Shown here piece after piece: positions 10,722 through 18,990 of a stretch of 55,067 bases of DNA. The DNA is from a virus (taxonomy: Duplodnaviria > Caudoviricetes), in IMG/VR virus record IMGVR_UViG_3300027969_000130, positions 1 through 55,067 of that record; one strand, given 5' to 3'. The notes below the pieces were generated by a model. The model was given only the letters and a program-made list of their open reading frames with translations, made no database searches and was not told where the DNA came from. Both the position numbers and the translations under genes were made by a program. Numbering within the stretch: the stretch's first letter is position 1; the number at the start of each line of letters is the position of its first letter.

Positions 10722-11710
10722 CGTGTGTACACCGCAATGTTTGGAGTCAGGTAGATTGGAGAATCATCGCGTTCTTCGTTTTCTGCCTCAAGCAATGAAC
10801 GTTGAGCCTTCTGATCCAAGATAGCAATCATCTGAGGATCCACGCTTGGAGTCTCTTCAGCCAATCTTGAAGCAAGCACATAGACGATGGCGTCATACCA
10901 GCGCTGCGGAATCTCAATCTCTTGAGTCATCGTGCCCACGTCCATGATGTAGCGCTTGACCCATACGACCACTTGGGCAGTGACAAATTGCGCTGATGGA
11001 ACCGGCCATAAGTACAGTACAGGAGCATTGAGCAAACGATCAACCCAGAACTGCAGCGGACGGCCTTCAAATGCCTTATTGGGCAAGTTGACGTAATCGT
11101 CGCGGTTCAAGCGAGCCATAGGGATCTCGTTTGGCGTGTTTGCCAGTATCACCTGTGTTTGATTCAACGTTCCTGATGTAGCTCTCACTCTAAAATAGGA
11201 GGTCGCTAGGGAACCTTGAATGTCTACCCATGTTACCACATTGGCTGTGGCATTTGGGTTGTCCTCGGTTGCAACGGTGAGCCAGGTGGTACCATTTGTA
11301 GATGTTTCCAACGCATAGCTTGTTGAGGCACCAGACCACTCAATTCCAACGGTCGTGACTTGCGTGTCGGTTGGAAAGACGGTTGTGTAAGTGGTTGAGC
11401 TTGTTGTGTTGTTCGTATTCTCATTCACAACTCCAATCGTGCGCAAGTTGGTGTTGAGGATGTCAACAACTCCATTAGGCAGCGTGATCAGCCCTTGCGC
11501 TTGATAGAGAGGCATCAAATAACTCTCAATGCACCAAAGCTGCAAGCCGCGATTGGCTAGCATGCTCAAGATAAGATAAAGAGTGTCTAGAGCAAAGCTG
11601 ATTTGCTCAGACGAGATGCCTTCGGCAGGAATACGGCAACGACGATACGCGTGGTCGATGACCTTACGCGTATTGAAAACTGTCGTGCTGACTGTACCTG
11701 AAACTGCCAC
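10718..11710 (-). CDS. Second adaptor/gatekeeper-like virion protein with inserted beta-sandwich domain
   Basis: GTG start with GGAG RBS; N-terminal IDHAYRRC...LANRGLQLW and C-terminal LPNK...GRP.QFW...LYLWPVP flank a beta-rich insert (WSG...YALETS.NG.TW). Confidence 0.55.
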   Translation of the reverse strand: MAVSGTVSTTVFNTRKVIDHAYRRCRIPAEGISSEQISFALDTLYLILSMLANRGLQLWCIESYLMPLYQAQGLITLPNGVVDILNTNLRTIGVVNENTNNTTSSTTYTTVFPTDTQVTTVGIEWSGASTSYALETSTNGTTWLTVATEDNPNATANVVTWVDIQGSLATSYFRVRATSGTLNQTQVILANTPNEIPMARLNRDDYVNLPNKAFEGRPLQFWVDRLLNAPVLYLWPVPSAQFVTAQVVVWVKRYIMDVGTMTQEIEIPQRWYDAIVYVLASRLAEETPSVDPQMIAILDQKAQRSLLEAENEERDDSPIYLTPNIAVYTR

Positions 11711-11777
11711 CGGGTCTGCTCCTATTTGTTAAGTTTCGGCTTGCCGTCAGTGGCAAACCCGGGGGATTGCTTTTATT

Positions 11778-12437
11778 TTACTTCATTTGTCCAAATTTTG
11801 GAACTTTTGAGAACGTTGGCACGCCGCCTTTTGCCAGCTTGTTGCCTGCTCCTGGACCGTGAGCCTTGGCAGCAGGCATATTGGCATGTTTTTCCAACTT
11901 TGCCTCAACGCCGCCGCCTTTTGCGTACTTTTGGGTCTCAGTACCAAACTTCTTGGACATCTTGTTCAAGGCTTTGCCCTCGGCTGCCATCTTTGGACGG
12001 GCTTCTGCTGCAAATTGGCCGCCTTCAGCATAACAACCTGCTTTTCCGCCCCTTTTCATGCCAGTTGGCTCCATCATCTCTTCTTTGATCATGGTCAAAG
12101 GTGCTTTTGCCTTGCGCATCATGCCCACTTCAGCCCGTTTTGTGGCCGGAGTGTCCATTTCACCAGACATTTCACGCACTTCGTGACTTATCAGGGCTTT
12201 TGGGGCACCAGACTTGCGCAAAAGAGCTACTTCCTTGCGGACCATGGCTTCTGGTTCGCGTTTTGCAGTCATTTTCTGACCGCCTTTGGCGTATCCACCA
12301 TCTTTCATGGCATGCGGTGCATCATACATGGCCTTCGGGATGCCCTTTGTTGACCTTGCAGTCGATACTGGACGAGCAGATGGCCTAGCTGTTGAAGCCG
12401 GGAACGTAAATTCCCCGTATTGAATATTTTTTCCCAT
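11778..12437 (-). CDS. Basic low-complexity internal (core) protein with repeated [YM]AKGG motifs
   Basis: Lys/Met/Ala rich; MKDGG, YAKGG, MKRGG, YAEGG, YAKGG, LAKGG; likely start MGKNIQ. Confidence 0.6.
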   Translation of the reverse strand: MGKNIQYGEFTFPASTARPSARPVSTARSTKGIPKAMYDAPHAMKDGGYAKGGQKMTAKREPEAMVRKEVALLRKSGAPKALISHEVREMSGEMDTPATKRAEVGMMRKAKAPLTMIKEEMMEPTGMKRGGKAGCYAEGGQFAAEARPKMAAEGKALNKMSKKFGTETQKYAKGGGVEAKLEKHANMPAAKAHGPGAGNKLAKGGVPTFSKVPKFGQMK

Positions 12438-12438
12438 A

Positions 12439-12636
12439 TTATTTCCTTTTCGCGGCTGCCCGCATATTGTCGACAAGGTTGGGATAGGGGCGTCCGGCTG
12501 CTTCCGCTGCTGCCTTGGCGCCGGCTTTTGCAGCAGACGATAGTTTTTTTGGCTTTGGCAGATCCTTTGGCCTTGGCTTATCCCAAGGTGCTTTTACTTT
12601 GCCTCCTTTTGCGAAGGCCATTTTCTTTCCCATCAT
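12439..12636 (-). CDS. Small basic protein
   Basis: FAKGGKV then KAAAEAAGRPYPNLVDNMRAA; tightly packed between neighbours. Confidence 0.6.
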   Translation of the reverse strand: MMGKKMAFAKGGKVKAPWDKPRPKDLPKPKKLSSAAKAGAKAAAEAAGRPYPNLVDNMRAAAKRK

Positions 12637-12637
12637 A

Positions 12638-12949
12638 CTAGCAGTCCCATTTGTTGAGGGCAAGGGCTTTCCTGGTAGGTCTGCCTTTGTCGTCTTTCAT
12701 CGGACCCGGCATGCCAGACATTCGCGCGCAAAAACTGTCACGACGTCCAGCTGCTGTGGGGCTCTTTGCTGCCTGCTTTGCAGAGACCGGAGGCTTTAGA
12801 TCACCGCCGGTTTGTCTGTTGTAAGCATCTCGACCTTTTTGGTTCAAGCCGCCTTTAGGATTTTGTCCCTCTTTGCGCGCCCAGACAGCTCCGCCCTTTG
12901 CTACAAACAAAGTGCCTCCGCCTTTTCCAAATTTGTGATCGTTTACCAT
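12638..12949 (-). CDS. Basic phage protein, DUF6321-like
   Basis: PKGGLNQKGR...LKPPV...RRDSFCARM...WDC pattern; likely start MVNDHK. Confidence 0.6.
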   Translation of the reverse strand: MVNDHKFGKGGGTLFVAKGGAVWARKEGQNPKGGLNQKGRDAYNRQTGGDLKPPVSAKQAAKSPTAAGRRDSFCARMSGMPGPMKDDKGRPTRKALALNKWDC

Positions 12950-13503
12950 GTTGTGATCGCCGTACGTTTCCACGTATTTGTTGCAATGCAGACGTAGATG
13001 TAGCTTGTGTCCCAGCAAATATCACCCTTGGTACCAGAATCAGCTGCAGTAGCAGGAGTCTTGATCGTGGGAATATTGATGGCATTGCCAGTGATACTGA
13101 AATTTCCGGCACTGCTAAACTTTGCAACCATAGTTGCAGCAGCTCCTGCAGCCATCAACAAGACTTGAAGATCAAAAGCTTCTGTTCCTGAACCTACGTT
13201 TGTGGTCACTGCAGAAAGCAAGGCCCCAATCTCAACGTTACTGGCTGAAGTCTCGCACTGAAAAGCAAGACGGGTTCCAATACCAGCAGCAGCTGTTGCT
13301 GAAGTCTGATGTGAAAGAGTTGCCGCAGTGGCCGGTGTATTGGTGTTTGCCGTCTCAACCAACAAGGTCGGTGCAGAGTTAGCAAAAGCCTTAATCAGGT
13401 CTGAGGTGAGCTTAACGGAGGAGGCCGATTGGACCGACTCAAAAAGCTCGGTGCCAACAAGCGTAGTGCCTGAGGGTAAGTCCGTGATCTTTAAGTTTGC
13501 CAT
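12943..13503 (-). CDS. Virion structural protein (head fibre-like)
   Basis: KITDLP N-terminus and C-terminal GTKGDICWDTSYIYVCIATNTWKR fibre-tip motif. Confidence 0.6.
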   Translation of the reverse strand: MANLKITDLPSGTTLVGTELFESVQSASSVKLTSDLIKAFANSAPTLLVETANTNTPATAATLSHQTSATAAAGIGTRLAFQCETSASNVEIGALLSAVTTNVGSGTEAFDLQVLLMAAGAAATMVAKFSSAGNFSITGNAINIPTIKTPATAADSGTKGDICWDTSYIYVCIATNTWKRTAITTW

Positions 13504-13505
13504 GA

Positions 13506-13928
13506 TCAGAGCGTATCAAAAGGGTTAGCGTAGTGCTTGACCATCTCAAGGACCACTGTATAAGTATCACCATTCGATGCATCAGACGTAGTAAAAAGGA
13601 TGTTGCCGTTTTTGCCAGCGCCTGAGTTGTTTGTAATGCCACCAATACTAGAAAAATCATTTTGATAGTTGGTGTTGACAGCTGCTAAGAAAAACGGAAC
13701 GTCAGTCGTTGCATCCCAAAGCATACGCACTTCCATGCCATGACAGACAGAAGTGATCTTGGTCACTGTAACGCCATTGCAGGCGATGCCAAGGTTGTTG
13801 GGATTGAGTGAAGCCACGTTGACTTTGGTCACCGCGCTTTCACCAGTGCCATCACTGATGTTTGTAAATTTCATAATGGCCAAGCGCTCACCATCCATAA
13901 GCGTTTGACTCGTAACTGCGTCAGCCAT
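13506..13928 (-). CDS. Virion structural protein
   Basis: 140-aa beta-rich ORF with RBS, in head operon. Confidence 0.6.
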   Translation of the reverse strand: MADAVTSQTLMDGERLAIMKFTNISDGTGESAVTKVNVASLNPNNLGIACNGVTVTKITSVCHGMEVRMLWDATTDVPFFLAAVNTNYQNDFSSIGGITNNSGAGKNGNILFTTSDASNGDTYTVVLEMVKHYANPFDTL

Positions 13929-13948
13929 ATCAATCTCCTATTAAGAGT

Positions 13949-13964
13949 GGGGGCCTAAGCCCCC
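13949..13964 (-). terminator. GC hairpin (weak terminator or processing site)
   Basis: GGGGGC-TTAG-GCCCCC between genes; poor U-tract. Confidence 0.35.
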
Positions 13965-13971
13965 TGGTTAA

Positions 13972-14949
13972 TTAGGCCTGAGTTACGCCAAGAGCGCCAA
14001 CGCGGGTTGAGTTAGGACCAACGGCTATGCCTGGCAGCAAGATGCCCATGACCGTACGAACGATGCCGTTCGAAGCAGTTGCAGGGGTATAAGTGCCGCG
14101 AACATCACCAGTAGCGTTTGTTGCAGTTGCTGTATCAGCGGCCACAAAAGTGCCTGCGTCTTGAGCTAATGTGCTGTTGCTCTTCACACTCGCAACGTAA
14201 GCTACGTTGGTCACGCGAACAGGGATACCAAGCACATCGCTTGTACCAACAACAACGGCAGTTGCAGAACCTGAAATTGTCACGCCAGACACTTGGTAGA
14301 ACGCTTTCAAGCCTGTTACGGCGGTGGCAGCTGTTACTACAGTGATTACTTCAGTCATGGCTTGGCCGTAGTAGTCATAGCCAGACACTGTAAACGCACG
14401 TGCAGTTGTGGAGCTGTTCACTTTAATGGCACGAGGCACATCAAGTTGAATCACAGATACGCCGCCAGCAGTTGTGGTTGACTTGGCTGAAGTGCCAGCA
14501 GTCAAAGTCACTGCTTGGCCAGCAGTTGTGGTTGTCTGCGAGGCAGCAATGTTGTTAGTCACAGCAGCCTGAGGAACAACGTCCCATACATAGATGCGGC
14601 CAAGAGGACCAACACCCAAGTCCATGGGAGCTGGGTTGCCGTAAGCTACGTTGCCGTGCAAAGTCAAGGCTACGGTGTTGGCAATGTTGATTGCTTGGTT
14701 GAGGGTGTAAGTACCTGCGCCACCGTTACCGGAGACAAAGGCAGTGATGTATGTACCATCGGTCACACCCGTACCGTCGACATACATACCAACAACAATC
14801 GGTGAGCCAAAGCCAACACTTGTAATTGTTAGGGTTGTGGATGAAGTGCTGCCTGTACCGCCAATTGCGGTAGTAGAGTAAGCACGAAGGCCGGTACCCA
14901 TGAATGTTTGGGCGCCGCCGAGGAATAGGTCGTCAGAATATTGAGGCAT
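13972..14949 (-). CDS. Capsid decoration / minor capsid protein
   Basis: 325 aa T/G/A/V-rich directly after MCP; DVRGTY C-terminal motif. Confidence 0.55.
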   Translation of the reverse strand: MPQYSDDLFLGGAQTFMGTGLRAYSTTAIGGTGSTSSTTLTITSVGFGSPIVVGMYVDGTGVTDGTYITAFVSGNGGAGTYTLNQAINIANTVALTLHGNVAYGNPAPMDLGVGPLGRIYVWDVVPQAAVTNNIAASQTTTTAGQAVTLTAGTSAKSTTTAGGVSVIQLDVPRAIKVNSSTTARAFTVSGYDYYGQAMTEVITVVTAATAVTGLKAFYQVSGVTISGSATAVVVGTSDVLGIPVRVTNVAYVASVKSNSTLAQDAGTFVAADTATATNATGDVRGTYTPATASNGIVRTVMGILLPGIAVGPNSTRVGALGVTQA

Positions 14950-14980
14950 GGTGTCTTCTCCTTGAAAAGCTAGACAAATT

Positions 14981-15017
14981 AAAAAAATGAAAAGAAGGGG
15001 ACCAAAGGCCCCCTTCC
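14981..15017 (-). terminator. Rho-independent terminator after major capsid gene
   Basis: GAAGGGG...CCCCTTC stem followed by TTTTCATTTTTTT on minus strand. Confidence 0.75.
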
Positions 15018-15021
15018 TTGA

Positions 15022-15936
15022 TTACAGACCTGCTGTACCGTAAACAGTACGCCAGTCAGTCCAACCTGGAATGTAACGCTCGGTTGCTTTATAGCGCATA
15101 GAGTCGGTTTCGAAATCACCTTCCATGCTCTTTTCAAGCTTACGACGCATCATCAACTGCAAGCCGACTTTAGCGTCTGTCTGCACCCACCAAGCGGTAG
15201 TTGAAGTCAAACGTGACAAGTTAGCTTGGCCGCCGTCGATCATGCCCATCGAGTTGATCGGGTTGATGTCGTTGTTACCAGTACCTGCACGCAGGACAGA
15301 TTTCAACAGCACTTCACCTTGGAACACGTTGCTAGGGCTCAACACCAACTTGGTAGGAGTCAAACGGATACGCTTACCATTGTTGTCAATGGCGTTGCGG
15401 ATCTGGACGAGCATCTGCTCAAGAGATGTTTGCGACAAGTTGGCTGCAGTAGTCAACACGTTGCTTGCGTTACCAGAAGCGATAGGGTGTGCGGAGTTAA
15501 CCAACGACACGCCATCACCACCCGTGTACGAGCTATTGAAAGCGCGGTTCAGGATGTTGGCACACAAGGTTTCTTTTGTTTCGATCAAGGACTGTGCCAA
15601 GTGTTTGGCGTAAGTCTGGCCGATCGAAATGTGGTCGCCGTCTTCTACGAGGACCTTGGTCAAGGCAAAAGCCAAACCATAGACCTTGTAGACGTAACGA
15701 GCATTGAACAGGACACCACCAGATTGGTAGGTCACTGGCATGCCGTCAGGCAACTCAGGAGCCGCTCCGAAACCGTACAAGACGGGTTCTTCGTGGTAGT
15801 TACGGGGAATACCGTTGCGCTCAGTGAAAACTTGTTTCCACTCATCGGCGCGCTGGTTATACAAGCCATCGAACTCTTCGTTCAGAATTGGCTCAACGAT
15901 GGACCTAAAGTCCGTACTGCGCATTGGGACAGCCAT
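15022..15936 (-). CDS. Major capsid protein (HK97 fold, Mu gpT-like family)
   Basis: 304 aa after scaffold and cement genes; GFGAAP, GGDGVSL...HP, DFETDSMRYKATERY..GW.DWR motifs; strong RBS and terminator. Confidence 0.85.
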   Translation of the reverse strand: MAVPMRSTDFRSIVEPILNEEFDGLYNQRADEWKQVFTERNGIPRNYHEEPVLYGFGAAPELPDGMPVTYQSGGVLFNARYVYKVYGLAFALTKVLVEDGDHISIGQTYAKHLAQSLIETKETLCANILNRAFNSSYTGGDGVSLVNSAHPIASGNASNVLTTAANLSQTSLEQMLVQIRNAIDNNGKRIRLTPTKLVLSPSNVFQGEVLLKSVLRAGTGNNDINPINSMGMIDGGQANLSRLTSTTAWWVQTDAKVGLQLMMRRKLEKSMEGDFETDSMRYKATERYIPGWTDWRTVYGTAGL

Positions 15937-15947
15937 TTTTTAGCTCC

Positions 15948-16514
15948 TTAGTAAGCGTTGATGGTTGCAACGTCCTGATGCTCAGAGATCTGAACTTGGA
16001 CAATCGTATAAGCATCACCCCATGCATTATCGGGACCGGGTGTGATACCGATCACGCGCATTTGGGCAGTGCCACCTGAAGCTACAACTGAAGCGGTATC
16101 CAATGTAGCAGTGCTAAGACCAACCACGGTAGAACCGGAGGTGATCGAACCAAAGTCATATTGGTTGCCGATGTTGCTAATGTTCACAGAGCCATTTGCT
16201 TGGATCTGATAAACGATAGCAGGATCACGCGTGATGTACGCGGTCACATCAGTTGCAGGGGTGTTCGCAATGAACTTGTTGGATACACGACGACGGCCAT
16301 CGCTGTCGGTGAATTCAACACCCATGAAAGTGCCGACGAAAGCATCGCCAGCAGCGGCCGGAGTCACAACACCAGTGGAAGTATTTATCTTCACAGGCTG
16401 ATATTGCAACAAGGTCACTGCCGCGTTGTTCGCCAACGTAAAGGCTGCCGGACGCACGAAACCACTTGCGTGGTAAACGGGCTGGAAGCCAAACGGTGTG
16501 CTAGAAGTAGACAT
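15948..16514 (-). CDS. Capsid cement/decoration protein
   Basis: PFGFQPV...GTFMGVEFTD...DPAIVYQIQ; immediately upstream of MCP. Confidence 0.6.
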   Translation of the reverse strand: MSTSSTPFGFQPVYHASGFVRPAAFTLANNAAVTLLQYQPVKINTSTGVVTPAAAGDAFVGTFMGVEFTDSDGRRRVSNKFIANTPATDVTAYITRDPAIVYQIQANGSVNISNIGNQYDFGSITSGSTVVGLSTATLDTASVVASGGTAQMRVIGITPGPDNAWGDAYTIVQVQISEHQDVATINAY

Positions 16515-16545
16515 GTTTGCTTTTCCTCATTGAGAAAGTTATGGA

Positions 16546-17082
16546 CTAGTCGATCTCTTCAAATTTAGATCGACCAGGATTTTCGCGCAATGCCGCAATA
16601 CCATCACCTTCAATCACACGCCCGCCTGCAGCTGCTGCAGCTTCCTTGATGCCGTCCAAAACTGCTGTCAGTTTCTCATCTTCGCGTGCTGGAGCATCGT
16701 GGTGTGCTTCGTGCATGAATCGCTTGTAGAGAGATAACGGCAACTTGAAGGCGAGCATCTCGTTGACACCAATAAACCCTTGCCATTCGCCTGTCTTAAT
16801 GGTTACATATTCCCAGCCAGGCACGTCTTCGGCTTTAATCGGTTCATAACCCAGCCGGATCCGCTGTTGAATGGAATCTCGGGGGTTAGTAGTGGTCAAC
16901 CAGCATGTGTGAAAGCCAGGAATCTTTGGTAGATCTGGCAATGCGTCTTGGAAAAATTGAGATCTAAACATCTCAACACGATCATCGTCGCTAATAGCAC
17001 GTTCTTCAGTCACATTGCGGTCTGTGGCTCCACGTGATTGGCGGACAAGATCAGGGGATTTTTTTAATCGTTCATCAGTCAT
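16546..17082 (-). CDS. Conserved head-morphogenesis protein
   Basis: LPKIPGFHTCWL...RLGYEP motif; between scaffold and capsid genes; AAAGGAG RBS. Confidence 0.55.
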   Translation of the reverse strand: MTDERLKKSPDLVRQSRGATDRNVTEERAISDDDRVEMFRSQFFQDALPDLPKIPGFHTCWLTTTNPRDSIQQRIRLGYEPIKAEDVPGWEYVTIKTGEWQGFIGVNEMLAFKLPLSLYKRFMHEAHHDAPAREDEKLTAVLDGIKEAAAAAGGRVIEGDGIAALRENPGRSKFEEID

Positions 17083-17096
17083 TTTTCTCACTCCTT

Positions 17097-18086
17097 TCAG
17101 CGAGTTGAATTGTGTTCACGGTCCCACTTAGCGTACTGTTTCAAGTAGCGTTGGCGTAGGACGGGGTCATCCCAAACTCCAGCATCAGTCATAGCTTGCT
17201 TTCGTTCGGGGGAGATGTATACTTCACGGCGAGAAGACTGGGGAGCCTGGTCCCTGCTGGAACCAACGGGCGGACCTCTACGCTGTCCGCGGCGATCGTC
17301 GTCTTGACTGTCGTCATAGTTACCGCCTCCTTTGATGTCTGGCAATCGTTTGGCCACTCGCTTGTCTAGCTCGCGCCAATATGCCTCTGTCTTTGGATTA
17401 TAACCTGATTCTACAAGAGATTGATCTATCGCTAGAACTATCTTCGATGCCTCGTCACCAGCGTTCGGATCGTACCAGCTGTTCTTGGACACCCATTCTT
17501 GGGCAAAGCCCGCGACTTCGGGGTCTGGACCAGGCTGGGGAGCCGGCACCTGAGACTGCTGGTGCAGGTTCTGGGCGACTTGGTTCTGCTGGTGCTTGTG
17601 AACCTGTAGCTGCTGGACCTTCTGCATGGCCTGGTCGCGGATGCGCATGGCTTTGGCAGCATCTTCACCGTTACCGGCTTCGATGGCCTGGGCCATGATT
17701 CTTTCTGCGGCCTTAACTTCTGCAAAGGTGTCAGCAATACGGTCATCGATGGTTGAGATCGTATTCCCTACAACAGACTTCTCGACTTGGAACATGCGCT
17801 TTTCAAGCGACTCGTTCCGTTGCCTCAGGAAGTTGAGCTCGGTTTTATCCCGCTCAATTGCCTGCTTTCTACGCGCTGCGCGATCTGCTTTCTCCTCGCG
17901 ACGTTTGCGACGTATCTCTTCGCGGTCCTCATTGTCTTCTGAGAGACGCGAATCCTCGGGGTGGTCATCGTCTTCGTCATCATGTTCCTCACCTTGTTTG
18001 GTGGTTACAGGGACAAACTCGACTTCCTGAGACTTACCGCCTTTTTGGTCCTCATCTTCTTCGATGAGCATTGTTTCTCCGGCCAT
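17097..18086 (-). CDS. Capsid scaffolding protein
   Basis: Acidic N-terminus, long coiled coil, WVSKNSWY motif, C-terminal ISPERKQAM...YAK; between portal and MCP. Confidence 0.7.
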   Translation of the reverse strand: MAGETMLIEEDEDQKGGKSQEVEFVPVTTKQGEEHDDEDDDHPEDSRLSEDNEDREEIRRKRREEKADRAARRKQAIERDKTELNFLRQRNESLEKRMFQVEKSVVGNTISTIDDRIADTFAEVKAAERIMAQAIEAGNGEDAAKAMRIRDQAMQKVQQLQVHKHQQNQVAQNLHQQSQVPAPQPGPDPEVAGFAQEWVSKNSWYDPNAGDEASKIVLAIDQSLVESGYNPKTEAYWRELDKRVAKRLPDIKGGGNYDDSQDDDRRGQRRGPPVGSSRDQAPQSSRREVYISPERKQAMTDAGVWDDPVLRQRYLKQYAKWDREHNSTR

Positions 18087-18105
18087 TTCCCGCTCCTTTC
18101 AGCAG

Positions 18106-18525
18106 TTAGATAAAAGCTCTGATCGCTGTCGGATCTCCAGTAACCTTGGCAAGAATGTCTAGGTCATTGAACATCACAAATTCGATCTCATCGTCACCGG
18201 ACCTTACGGTCCAACGATCACCGCCGTATTTAGGTGCACGGACGTAGGCACCAACTTCACACCAGGAACCTTCAGGCCACGGTTCCATAGTGTTTCGATT
18301 CTTGTAAGCCAATGAGCCGATTGCCACTACTTTGGCGATCTGGGTATTGCTGGCTTCTGTCTTTCTTGCTTCTTCCGGGATGTAGATACCGCCAGCCGTT
18401 TGATTCTTGGCTTTGCGGACCTGGACGATCACTCGTGAACCCAAGGGCTCGTGGCAGCAATCGACGGTTGGGAAGGCCTCGTCCAATGAGGCGTAGTTGA
18501 AGGACATGGGGGTTTCAAGTAGCAT
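18106..18525 (-). CDS. groES: Co-chaperonin GroES homologue
   Basis: EPLGSRVIVQ...TAGGIYIPE...AKVVAIG...KYGG...NDLDILA matches Cpn10 pattern. Confidence 0.88.
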   Translation of the reverse strand: MLLETPMSFNYASLDEAFPTVDCCHEPLGSRVIVQVRKAKNQTAGGIYIPEEARKTEASNTQIAKVVAIGSLAYKNRNTMEPWPEGSWCEVGAYVRAPKYGGDRWTVRSGDDEIEFVMFNDLDILAKVTGDPTAIRAFI

Positions 18526-18546
18526 TCGCTTCTCCGTATGCTGGGG

Positions 18547-18747
18547 TTAAAGATCTCGACTATCATTCTCAATATCACGATGAATCCGTTCAATCAGCTG
18601 GATGGCACGGTCAAGGCCAGCGTAGACGCCCTGACGTTTCCCATATTCAAAGCTGATGTCCTTGCCTTCTGCTGTTTGCACCTTGATGGCTTCAATAGCC
18701 AGTGCGTGCTGCTCGGCTCGGATGGTCGTGATGATTTTTGCTAACAC
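18547..18747 (-). CDS. Small hypothetical protein (portal-GroES intervening gene)
   Basis: GTG start; FEYGKRQGVYAGL helix; typical position. Confidence 0.6.
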   Translation of the reverse strand: MLAKIITTIRAEQHALAIEAIKVQTAEGKDISFEYGKRQGVYAGLDRAIQLIERIHRDIENDSRDL

Positions 18748-18981
18748 TTAACGGCGTCCACCCATAACGGTAGAGATCTGGTTAGGACCTTTGCCGCGTT
18801 GGCTGTTTGTGCCGCCATTGCCGCCGCCTTCGCCTGTGACCTTCTCAGTCATCATCTTGGGCACGGTCTTGTAATTAGCATCTGGCATGCCAGGTGTTGG
18901 TGAAGGATCGCTAGCGATCTTCTTGGCTTTTGGGTAACCTTTACCCATGGCCATCTGTTTGTGTAAACTGATTGCTACCAT
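18748..18981 (-). CDS. Small basic hypothetical protein
   Basis: AGGAG RBS; fills the gap between portal and next gene. Confidence 0.55.
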   Translation of the reverse strand: MVAISLHKQMAMGKGYPKAKKIASDPSPTPGMPDANYKTVPKMMTEKVTGEGGGNGGTNSQRGKGPNQISTVMGGRR

Positions 18982-18990
18982 GATTGCTCC

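Noticed and set aside
15125-15951. Long plus-strand ORFs (e.g. 15226-15951, 19594-20379, 45088-45771, 51316-52200)
   Set aside because: Antisense shadows of well-supported minus-strand genes, with no RBS or recognisable motifs.
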